DNA from: Azolla caroliniana
Taxonomy: Eukaryota; Plantae; Polypodiophyta
Reading direction: 5' to 3'
Assembly: GCA_043228905.1 (NCBI GenBank)
Contig: JBHGNT010000004.1
Span: forward strand, 24,738,001 to 24,802,000
Length of the DNA: 64,000 bases
Numbering within the stretch: the stretch's first letter is position 1; each line of letters begins with the position of its first letter. Below are positions 51,857 through 63,703 of the stretch, one piece after another. The translations under genes and the position numbers were made by a program. The notes beneath the pieces were generated by a model. The model had not been told where the DNA came from. It ran no database searches and was given only the letters and a program-made list of their open reading frames with translations.

Positions 51857-53031
51857 TAAAGATTATTTCTGGAAAAGAAATAGGATAAGGTCAGAGAGAT
51901 AGTCATAACATCATGTCGTGATGTAAACATATCATGGGCAAACATTAATCGATATCATGATCTCACATTAATACCCCTCTAGACGTATGAGATGAGGTTC
52001 AAGATCAGGTTACTATGGTAACACAAAGGTGTTTTAAAAACCATGGGGGTGACAAATAAATGTCTTTCCCTGATCTCTATATCGATTTTTTCATGGTGGC
52101 TCCCCGAGGCTCAACCATGTATGTTCGCGTCATGAATAGTTTATACACGAAAAAAATGTTAACAATAAACTATGTTTCGGTGCCCACATATGTGGTTTCG
52201 GCTCTTTAAGTCCTATTACGAGGACCCCGAGGTGCACTTAGACCTTAAGTTTAAACATGTGTTATAGTCATATGTATCAAGGATATTGTATGGTCTTGGT
52301 CATATTTGAACTCGAGACCTCGAGAACAAATACATTAAACACTTGAGCCAACCAAGTAAGTTGCTCTTCTCGAATGCTTAATGTTTGATGCGTATAAGAG
52401 ATATGTGAGGCAATTGATCATATATGTTTTTTTTAAAAGAACATATATGTCAAGGGTCCTTATTTCGCCCTCATTTACCAAAACTATGTTAGTACGTTAC
52501 CTAACCTCAAGTCTCGTAATTACGATGGCATACGCCAAAGTGCAACCTAATGGTCAAACCAAATGAGCCCTCGTTTCGTAGTAGGCTCACGTGGACCATC
52601 ACATGGTCACGTCATTACGAATGCCTCTCGTAAGAACGAGCTCATGGTGGCATCGTATCCATGTAACGAGGGAGGGATGTTGGATACGTGCGTCATTGGA
52701 GCGACCTCACTTGAAGTGGGTCAAGCCCTACGTACTCAACATCATTATGGCTATTGGCGTTTCTTTACGTAACGAAATCGAGGTCATCAACGGGGTTATC
52801 AACAATAAAAAATTGTTGAAAAAGGGATGGTGACAACGCCATTCTCACAAAAATGTGAGGACAGCCACCAACATCCTTTTCCCGACAAGGACAACTTTCG
52901 ATATAATCACGTAATAACGAATATACACATATGTTTACTTATCATATATATACGATCAAATACGTATATATGTGACCACATATGCCTATATTAAACATAT
53001 CGTTATATTAAATAGCCACAAATGATGTGAT

Positions 53032-53298
53032 CGAGATACATAATCGAGGTATATACCTCTACGCACACGAAACATCCACAAATAAGAGATCATCGTAATA
53101 CGCAATTGAGGTATTCACCTCTTACGCATACGAGACCAACCGCATATCGTTTACAACAAATCAAGGTATTAAACTCATACGCAAACGTAACATATGTTCG
53201 TGAACGTAATACGTAATTGAGGTATTAACCTTGTACGCATACGACACTCATCACATATTATTAATATGTCAAACGAGGTATTGACCTCGTGCACATAT
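53032..53298 (-). repeat. Array of five stem-loops with conserved GAGGT-NAAT-ACCTC apex in the chromovirus 5' leader
   Basis: Units at 53032-53069, 53094-53132, 53148-53187, 53205-53243 and 53264-53298. Apex spacings are 62, 55, 56 and 56 nt. Confidence 0.85.
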
Positions 53299-55764
53299 GT
53301 AAACGTTTTAGATAATCAATTAAAGACCACTACAACATCATTGACTTAATGAAAAAAAATGACATATAAACTAAACACATGATTAGATGGGAGAAGAGAG
53401 AATAGAAAAAAAATTATGGAAAGAGTTACCGAAGTTCTTTGTTGATCGTTGTCTGGATCAAGGCCGACCGCACATCGATCGATCACCATCAATCAAATGA
53501 CAAATGAAAAACAAAGAAACATTAGTACATAAATCTGATACCAAATATTAGAGATCTAAGTACTAAAGTAAGCTTAAGATAAGGATAAACAAATGATAGA
53601 TAGAAAGGAGAAAGAGAAAGAAGGGTGTCGATCCACCCGACCACCCCCGAGCGAAGGGATCAAGACGGACTCGAGCCTCAATCGGCGTCCCATACCACCG
53701 TTGTGGCGTCGAGTCGTACCTGGTGCTGGCGCGCTCGCTACAAGAGTTGACCCACCACAAGAGCAGAGTCTCGATGTAGTCAAAAGATGATCAAATGAGG
53801 GTAGTTAGGCCTCTTATTTATAGTGATACCCAAGGCCCCCAAGCAAGTTCACACTTGACCTAATGGGTTGTCTCAATCCCGAGGATTAAAAGTAATCCTC
53901 CCCTTCTTTACACTCTTGTTTAACCCTCACACTTATCCACGTGTATAGAATACTACGGTAAATTCTCACCACGGGATATTAAATGGTCATGCCCGTAACA
54001 CCCATCATCCAACTCTTCTTACTCAAACAAGACGCAAGGTAAGCATTACATGGGATTATATCCAATGAACTAAAATAAATTGCACAATTGATACAAATTT
54101 GGTGACAAGTTGATGGATGATAAACTCGTGAAAACGTTTATAAGTTGTGAATTGTGCGATCCTTCATAGCTTGTTCATGTAGATAATTCTCATAAGCTTG
54201 TTGGTTAGTCATGATCTTGGAGATCAATGATGAGAATCCAAATCACACCATAAACGCAAACTCATGTGGGATGGAGCCACCCACAATATAGGTTACATTG
54301 CACATATGTGTAGACACCAAAATGTTATGCAGTAAGAGAGAACATATGGTGTTCCACATGTGAAGGACTTGACATGCATAACTCAACTACTTCACCAAGG
54401 AGATCGACTAGTTGCACAATGTCAAGCATTGTGCTTTGATGACAATAATGGCTACTCTATATCTACAAGGAAAATGGTGGACAAGGCAATCTTTGTGGCT
54501 CGCCTAGTCTAGAGTCAATCAAAGGGTGCAATCACTTGAATCTAAACCCCCAATGTACAATATATCATGTGGCTATGAAAGTAAGATTTTGAATAAACAC
54601 ATATATTTGAGGCTCTCCTCACCCTAAGTAACTATGCATTGTGGACAAGAGTTTAATCCTTGTAGAGAGGTTTATTTGCCTATGCTAAGCATAATATTAA
54701 CTATAGTGCAGGTGAAGTCAAAATCCAGAACATACCAATGAAATTTTTTGTTGTAAATGTATAGATGAATATTATTGATTATGTATCACAAATTAGAAAA
54801 TAGCATTATCATATGTTGGGAAGATAAACTTCCCAAATGATTTTATTGGGTGTGACCACTATGATTGCATATTAACTTGTCAATGGATGGTAATAAATAA
54901 GCACAATGTTACTATTATGAGTTGAATGTAGCATGCAAACTTAATTGAGAAGCAATCATGAAGTTCAAGAACCCTATTTGCAATATGAGCTCATTGTACC
55001 AAATAGATGGTCGTAGCAAGAAACTTGGAAGATAATTAAAAACAAGAATTAACAAAGCATTGATGTTGATGGCCTCTTTTTCTAAACATTTGTTGAAGTA
55101 AATACATACAAGATCAAAAGTAACAAAATGAAAACGATTTAGAGTGCAACGTACTCAAACTTAGGTTCGTGTGGACATTATAATCACCATCACTTTGAGT
55201 TGATTCATTCAAAAAGTAAATATTGCATAGAATTTCAACCAAAGACACAATACTTCATGCTATAAAAGAAATACATTGCATTCTAAAGATGACTTACAAG
55301 AAGGTAATATTACACCTTGATACGCCATCGATTTGTCAATGTTGTTATCGTTGTCGTTAAAAGAAACAAAAAACTCAAGTGCAAAATGACAACCACACTT
55401 ACCAACCCAGCGATGTAATTGCTTAGCATTAACCAAGAGAAGGTGCCATAGCAATTTAATACACATTTTGTTGGAAGTGACTACGTTATTCTTATTCTAT
55501 GACCTTTAGCGCCTTGAATGTCGATCAATCGATCATCATGGAAGATGGTCACTTGTGATGGATGGATATGGATGTGTGTGTGTGTGTGTGTGTGTGTGTA
55601 TTACATACAAGAGAAATTTATTAAGACAATACTAGGAATAATGATGTTGATGATGATGATGTCAATGACAAGGTTGTTGACAATGATGATGAAGATGACG
55701 ACGACAATTTGATGTGGACCTAGCTTCGGAATGGAACTATTACACAAGCTTCTTAAGTTCAATA

Positions 55765-58700
55765 CTATCTTTGCCACCATTCAGAGGAGGAAGGGCTAAG
55801 GGGCTCAAGGGAGTCAAAGACATCGCTAGGGAAGCTCACGAGGACACTATCGGGCGTGCAAGATGTAGTCGTGATAGAGTCCATGACCTCTTCTTTGATG
55901 TTCATGTTCATGTGCAACAAAGCACTAGTAGTAGTAGTGTTAGTGTCATTGGTAGTAGTAGTATTGTTGGTGTCACATGGAGCACCCCCTAGTGTGGTTG
56001 AAGTGTCATGGTGGACATCTGAACTGCTGATCAAAGAAGATGTGAGCAAGGGGAGCTTGTCCCACTGGCTAAGCGCGGCGAAGCAACCCACGAGGTTGTC
56101 GTCAGGCCCAGGCCCAATCCCAATGCCGGGCGGGGGACAGAAGCCCACTAGGGGGCTGTCGGGTCTCCCTCCCGTCGAGCTAGTCGACGCGGTTGTCGGG
56201 ACCGTGGAGCAGCAGCTGTCATAATGCATCATGAGGAAGTCGGAGAGGTAGTCGGACGCGGACACCGCACAGCCCGATCCGGTCGGCAGCTCGCCCCCGT
56301 ACAAATCGTGCTGCCGGAACATCAAGTGCTGGATGTTATTCTCGCTCTCGGCCCCGACCTCACCTCCTCCACTCGGACGATCGCCATTGAGGTGGAGCAA
56401 TTGCATATGGTCCAGTGAGCTCTTCTGATCCACAATGTGGCTACCACTATTGTTGTTCCGATCGAACTGCCCCATGCCCATGCCAATGCCCATACCTGCA
56501 CTATCGTTGTTGTTGTTGTTGTTGTTGTTATCGATCCTCGGCCTCGTATACCTCGGCCTCCTGTTCTTCACCGACCTCAAGCTCTTCGACACCATTGCGG
56601 CAGCGGCAGCGGCTGCTGCGCACTTGCTACTGCTACTACTATCGCCATTGTTGTGATCCATTGGGGAGGAAGTCGAGGAATTGTTGTCATGCTGGAACGT
56701 TGAGGAAGTGTCCATGAAAGCCGCGCCTTGGACAGCCTCATTGGGTACCAGGTCATTGAGCTTAACCATGAAGAGGTCATTGTGGTTGTGGTGGTGGTGG
56801 TGATGGTGGTGGTGATCTGAGCAAGCCAATGTGTTGTTTCCATGGGCAGTCGACAACGTGGCAGGCTTATTGTTGGCGATGTTGTTATTCATGATGTTGT
56901 AACCACCACCGGGGTGTCGGAGGCGGCGAAGGTCCGACACCGGTTGGCCTCGTATGTAGAGTTGGTCTACTTCATTGTTGTTGTTGTTGTTATTATTATT
57001 GGTGTATCCTCGAGTTGGGCTAGTGTGAACCTGATTAAGCATTTAAACTTGTAATTAACACATGTGAGATTAAGACACTCTCACCCATGTTGTAATTGCG
57101 ATTAATGAGGACAACATTAACAAACCACCACCTTAAGTTTTCCATATTTTACCAAAACGCTGCCCTTAAAAGCTTTAGAGTATGTATGGGCTAAGACTTT
57201 ATTCCCCTATATGTTTTGGATATTCCCACGTAATGCCCCTAGAGTATCAACTAGATTACAAACATTTGCACGAAAACCCCATGATGATACCAAATATTTG
57301 TGAGAATGCCCCCCAAGTTGTAGGGTGAACACTTGAAATGTTACGATATTTGCACACTTGATTTTATCTTGTTCAATGCGATTAATATTTATTTCTGTTC
57401 ATTGAAATTTTAGCATCTTAAACATGTAATTAACTAGAGATTTCCCAAATTTCAACTTTATATTAGCAATTTGCTTTTAAACACATATTAAGCATATCAT
57501 GTTTGTGAGACATATGGATTACATTTATCATTGATTACTTTCCTAAATTGGTCAATTGTGATAAATTGGTATTGTCATCTCCATCGAGCTCGGCGCTTTA
57601 CATGGGTAACATGGCATTATGATTGATCGTCGTCAATTCAACAAGAAGTCCAAACTGCATGATCTTCATTTATCTTCTTCGCTTTGATTTGTGTTGTGCA
57701 AGGTGTTCTTACACAATATAGGGAATCCATGTTTCATATTTGAATGGTGCAAATATGATAGTTAAGGAGATTCCTATGGCATATCATGATTTATTTTGCT
57801 TTCATTTGATCATTAATGTCTCAATGTGTATACACCTTTCTTTCCTAACTAAAACTAAGACAAAAGTAGGGAAAGCATGTTTCATATGTGAGTGGTATAA
57901 ATACAAATTTACAATGTAGTGAGGCATATTGACTCTAAGAGGGGAGACTAACTCCATGTTTCCATGCCCAATGAAGCACTCATCAAGGATCACTGGTCAT
58001 GTTTGTGTACACGTGTCAATGAAAATGCACATTGTGTCATCATGACACAACTTTGTATGAACCATAAACTACCATCTTCAAGGTGCATTGTTTACGGTCA
58101 ATTATTCCTATACTAGATTAGTAATGATGATTGCAATCTTCGACACGGAAGGATGATCAAGGCCACATCTTCTTGAATGTATTGGACAATAACATAGCAT
58201 TGACTTCTTGTTGGCAAGGATGGCCTTTGGTACTTAAGCTCTTTGACGGTATGTGGTTGTAGACAAGGAGATGCATCTTCCAGCCAAAAAGCTTTGACAA
58301 GCATACTTAGTTGATTCCAATATTGTGAGTGGAAAATGTTTCTTAAAATGGAGCTTGGCTAGAGTATCAAGTGAGAAGTTTGTGGAACTTGTGGCTCTTC
58401 CACTCCTTTTCATAAGATAAAAATAAATGAAAATTTTGGTGGAGGGACAACAAATTAAGTATTTTCCAAAGGCGATTTATTGTTGTCAATGTATTGTATG
58501 CAATGTGTTTGCCATGATACCATAGAAGGCTAAACATGGTCCTTGGGACCTTGACCAGGCTCAACCGATAGTGTATATTATCATTGAGTACATATGTTAA
58601 ACTTCAACTTGACCTCTTTCTTTGAGAAGTAATGATTTTGTTAACTTCCTCGTGTATCTTTGTATTGACCCAACACTATCCCTTCTTAATCACATATGAT

Positions 58701-59562
58701 AATGTCAACCATGATTGTAAAACTCTCAATCGTGACTTAAGGATATTGTTAAACGAATAGAGGTGATTGAGCTAATGTACCTGGAACGCAAAGTCGTTGA
58801 AGCAATGTGCGTTTCCAAGATGATCAATGTGATCCATACCATCCGAACCATACATAGTACCGCCATTACAACTTGTAGAATCGGTACCCTTGGGGCGTTG
58901 CAAGGCACGAAGCAACCTCTTCTGACGCGTGCTCCAAAAGTTCTTCACATCGTTGTCGGTTCTCCCCGGTAAGTACGAGGCAATCTTGGCCCACTTATTG
59001 CCCAACTTGGCTTGCATCTCCACGACCAACTTTTCTTCTTCCGGAGAAAACTTGCAACCACTACAATGACACAAAAGTGACAATTAGAAAGGTTACAGCC
59101 CACATGAAACACATATTATGATTTCAAGAGGTATGTATAGACCTTGCATGAGAATGGACCCATATCACATATCCATGTTCTTTGTGCATTAATTGCATGT
59201 TGTTCTTTCTAATGAACTACCTATGTAGTTTCTCTTAATAATTTGGAGATGAGATGAGAGTGACCTGATTTGAATTTCAAATAATGTGTGTGTATGTGTG
59301 AGTGAGAGAGAGTCTAGCATGAATGAAGTGAAGTGCATTACCTCTTGAGGTCGGGTTTGAGCTTGTTAACCCATCGGAGGCGGCAAGATTTTCCGGTTCG
59401 GGGGAGGAGGCCTTTGGAGCGGATGGAGCTCCAGTCACGTGGCCCGTATTGGTTCACATAGTCCACCAGGATCTCGTCTTCCTCCGGCATCCATGGCCCC
59501 TTCCGTAGTAACACCGGCACCTCCTCCGCCTCCGGCCCCCCGGCACCACCTTTCGCCGCCAT
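55765..59562 (-). CDS. DUO1: DUO1/MYB125-type R2R3-MYB (male germline regulator), 3 exons, 588 aa
   Basis: Exons 59562-59342, 59060-58781 and 57030-55765, with GT-AG introns in phases 2 and 0. Diagnostic sequence YGPRDWSSIRSKGLLPRTGKSCRLRWVNKLKPDLKSGCKFS carries the supernumerary Lys. Also NDVKNFWSTRQKRL and a DUO1-like acidic tail TPDSVLVSFPSDVFDSLEPLSPSSSEW. Confidence 0.93.
58100..58560 (+). mobile_element. Possible decayed LINE ORF1 fragment in DUO1 intron 2 (antisense to DUO1)
   Basis: A frameshifted zinc-knuckle-like CIVCNVF-HDTIEG at about 58490-58530, preceded by KILVEGQQIKY. Weak evidence. Confidence 0.3.
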
Positions 59563-62500
59563 TCCTTCTTGTAAGAATTATTAACAATGCCACCGAAAAA
59601 TAACCCCCGATCCACAATCTAGTATAATGCTCGTTGATTATCGGAATTCTCTTCCCCCCCCAACCCCCCCCCAAAAAAACCAATTCCGTATCCCGACCTG
59701 TCCCCGATAATCTAATCTATCCAGAAGATCCCAATTGTCGACCGGAGTCCAATGATTCCATCAGATGTCGCCCGAATCACAACCTAAAGATGATCAGGTT
59801 ATTTTCGATCGAAACGAAACCGATCGGAAAAGAAAATTCACCATGTTTGATCGATTGGGATCGCTTGTGGTGCAACCGAATCAGAAACAAGGAAAAATGG
59901 CAGGATGAAAATGCATGACCAAATCAGAGATTCCAAATGGGGATTGATTGAGGAATCAATTCAATTCAAAATCCGGTATGGAAATCCAAGCGATGATGAT
60001 GATGATGAAAGTGACGGTGATGGTGATGGAATCCAAAGTTGGGATGGAAGCCCACATTGCTGCTTCAAATTCCTGAGGATCACATCAAGATTGTATATAT
60101 GTATGTATGTATGTATGTATATACCCATATAAATGCATATATATACATATATAGGTGGTGTGCTCTGTTTTTTTAATGCGCAGCAAACAATTAATGAAGT
60201 GAATGGATGATGGAAAGAGACAGAAATATGAATCAGGTGGAGAGCCGGGCACATGCGACCCCACCTCCCCGGAAGAAAGGAACAAAATCAGGTAAAAGAA
60301 TGCTGCAGAAAAGAAGGAAAAGGAAAAGGAAAGAAGAGAAGAGAAGAGAAGAGAGAGAGAAGGGAATTGGGAAAGATGTCTGCAAGAATTTAGAGAGGGG
60401 CAGGGGAAAGAAAGGGAAGGGAAGAAGAATTGGAAGAGAGAGGAAAAGGAAAATAAATAAATAAAAGAAAGAGAGAAGAAAATGGCAGTTACAGAAGAAT
60501 GTGACTACATACTACTACTACTACTACTACTAGTGCCTAATTAATTCAATGGACTCTCTCTCTACACACACACACTCATTTTGCTTCTGCTCTTCCTCCA
60601 ATTTTAGCTGCTTCCATTTTTCTCCCCCATTTATTCACTTATTTGTTTATTTACTTATTTATTTATTTATTTTAGCACCTTCAATTCCAAGTAGAGAGAG
60701 AGAGAGAGGGAGAGGGAGAAACAGAGACCCTTCACATCTCCGACGGTTATCATTATTATTATTGTTGTTGTTATTTATAATTCAATTAATAACGCTTTTT
60801 TTCTTGATTACTATTATTTGCCTTCTAAATCGCCTCCTAATTACTCCATTTTTTGTTTTCTAATTAGAGAAGCAAAAAATACATTAGGAACAAAACTAAT
60901 CATTGTACATCCCACATACACACAAAGACACCCTCCCTATTGGGCTCCCCCCACATTCCCATGGCTTCTTTCATCGATGACATTGAAACCCTAGCCATCC
61001 ACTCAAGGCATGCGTATCGATTTGGTAACAATTTAAGATCTACATTTGGACTAGGAAAAATATCGGCGAATTCATCGACTTCCTCCTCCCTCCCTGTTAT
61101 AGGTCTAACCTTATAGACCAATTCTCTAGGTAGTTTTAATGGGTTAGAGTAGAGTAGTTAGGAAATTGATTATTCTAGGTATCGGGACAAATGTATATGG
61201 ACCTATAACATGTGTCATCAACCCATGAAGTATCTATCAGCAACAAGGGAAACATATGTTTATCTTAACCACACAGCTTATGTATGCATCACTTGCATTA
61301 ATATGCATCCTTATAATACCCTTGCATTGAAATTATAACAATGGCCTCATAAGAAAGAGGAGTATACACTTACATGAGACTTGGTATGTACTTTCTCAAC
61401 TATGTATGTACAACTTTTCTTTCTTTCTTTCTTTTTAATATGTATAGTATACATTTACTTACATGCGAGAAACCCTCACTCTAAGATGGAAAAAAAATCC
61501 ACAAAGATTCCATCATACATAGGGTTATCCATCACAACTACTAAAAACATGTGAAGAGGAGAGCGTATTTGCCCTTTTATGTTTGTTTCAATAACAAGTA
61601 ATCATAAAATGCTCCGTAGGGAGAATTCGAACCAAATGTAATAAGTATTGCAAACATGTCTGAATTATAAATTATTTACTATGATCCCAAATTATGTAGG
61701 ATGCACAATTTTGGCTAGATGTCTTCACACGCACAAGTGTTTGCATGTAAATTGATATATTTCCTTCCAATGTTTCCACAAAAACTAACTAAAGGTTGAA
61801 ATCAGTAAGTGTTTCCTCATTTATGCATAACAAGCATTCCCTAAATATCCAGTTCCATTCATGACTAATCATTGTTGAGAACCAAACCTTAACAAAATGC
61901 TCATTTGAATTTAGTTTATCTTGATGTGCACTTCTAGATCCGATATTCAAAGCTGGTTGAAGTATTGTATCAAGAATGCAATTCCTTTACCACACATATT
62001 TTGTGGAAAATATAAGCCTAAATATTTAGAGTGCAAAGATGTTATTTTTTCCTTGATACACATTGATGCATATGTGTGATTACACTATGAATAGCTTTAA
62101 CAATCAACCATCTACAACCACATGCCATTCTCATTTATAACATATCTATATCTCAAGCTCTTCAGCGGAAAAACTAATAAAAATCCCTCAAAAACGTTTG
62201 CCACTTACAGATGATACACTTTTTGCTAACACTAAATATGGATGTAAATTCTTCACGTGTAAACCATTGTACAGCCCCAAAACATAGCATGACTGTGGAA
62301 CCATGGTAACATTACAAACATTAATGGGAATATGATAAACAACATATTCCAATAGACAATCACAAAACTTCCCTCTGATGGAACAAGATAAACACCCAAA
62401 TATGTTGGACATCAATGTAATTAGCAAAAAGATAAGTGAGAAACATAAATAAGAGCATAGGATGGGCTACAAAAAGCCTACCACCCTAGTGAAGTCTAAT

Positions 62501-63703
62501 GATGGTTTTCATATGCCCTCCCATGTAGCCTTACAATTTTGAATTGTTCAAATCAGCACCTCCAGTTACACACATTTACCATTCAACAATCCAATTTCCC
62601 CAAGAAGTGGATCCAACTCCTAAACAATAAAAATGTAGGCCATTGAAATTTTTCACACATTTACCAATCAATGCCTCCAATTTCCCCAAGATTTCGATCT
62701 GATTCCTAACCAACAATGTTGGTCTTCAATATCACACTACCATGTCCTCAATGTTCCTTCTATTTATAACAGTTGGCAAATTGCAGGGCAACACATAAGT
62801 AGGAGGTTGAAGAGTGGAATAGAGGAGAAGAGTCAGGAGAATCATCCTAAGTGCAGATGAAAGGAAACTGAAATCGTTGGATGTGCTCTTTCCTGACAAA
62901 GAATGCAAAGGTATTCTTACGAATTAACTAGTGGGAAATAGTCTATTAGAAAGCTTTAATTATATGCATTGGACTTAACATATGACAGGCGTTAATTAAC
63001 CTGACAAAATATCAAGGTAAAAAAAATCGAAAGGAATCAAGGTGTGGAAGCAATCAAATTAATCAACAAACAGCTGTAACTGTGAAGAATATAATGCTTC
63101 CCATAAAAATAAAAATCTTCAATAAATCAAAATTGTGAGAATGAGAGCAGAGTCGTTGTGAAGGAAAATAGAGGCAGTCATCCTAACCACAATTTGCATT
63201 TTTTCTCCAAACAAAAAACAAACCCCACAACACTTTCAGTTTTCCGAAAGGGCATATCAAAACTTGTAAGGTATTTTCAACAGCAAACTTGGCGTGTGCC
63301 TACATCTTACTTTTTCATTAGCTATAACAGACAGAAAAGGGCAGATTTGCTATTGTGTATTAATCACAAATTGGAATATATTTGATAAAACAAATACATA
63401 TAGATGAGATCACCAAAACACCATCACAGAGCAAATAGAATTGATTGGGGGTCATTTGAGGAGCACCCGATGACAATTACGTGAGCAGCACTTGACAACT
63501 CGATTGGTGGTATTAATAATAGTGGTAATGAATTTAGCCACTCAATATAGATGTTGCTTCTCTCATCCTTTCCTGGCTTGCTCATGATGCCCATGTAAAT
63601 GTAAGGTTATATCCTTCAAATCACTATGAGCAAAGCCAGCAAAAATTAGAAATGAAGAGGAATTTTGTGAGCATATATATATATATATCATATTGAAAGA
63701 AAC

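Larger units (their letters stand above)
46990..54000 (-). mobile_element. Full-length Ty3/gypsy chromovirus LTR retrotransposon (7011 bp)
   Basis: 5' LTR 54000-53546 and 3' LTR 47444-46990 (455 bp each, about 15 differences by eye). TSD CCCAT at 46985-46989 and 54001-54005. PBS TGGTATCAGA from 53543 (tRNA-iMet). PPT AAAGAGGGGGAG adjacent to 47444. Confidence 0.97.

Noticed and set aside
53032-53298. CRISPR-array interpretation of the repeat-spacer hairpin array
   Set aside because: Eukaryotic retrotransposon context, no cas genes, and repeats that diverge with compensated stems. It fits a cis-acting RNA structure better.
60900-61121. 73-aa ORF upstream of DUO1
   Set aside because: No recognisable motif or splice partners; probably a TE-derived scrap.
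62569-62740. Degenerate ~85-bp duplication, considered as an LRR/PPR coding relic
   Set aside because: No consistent reading frame or motif; a local duplication only.
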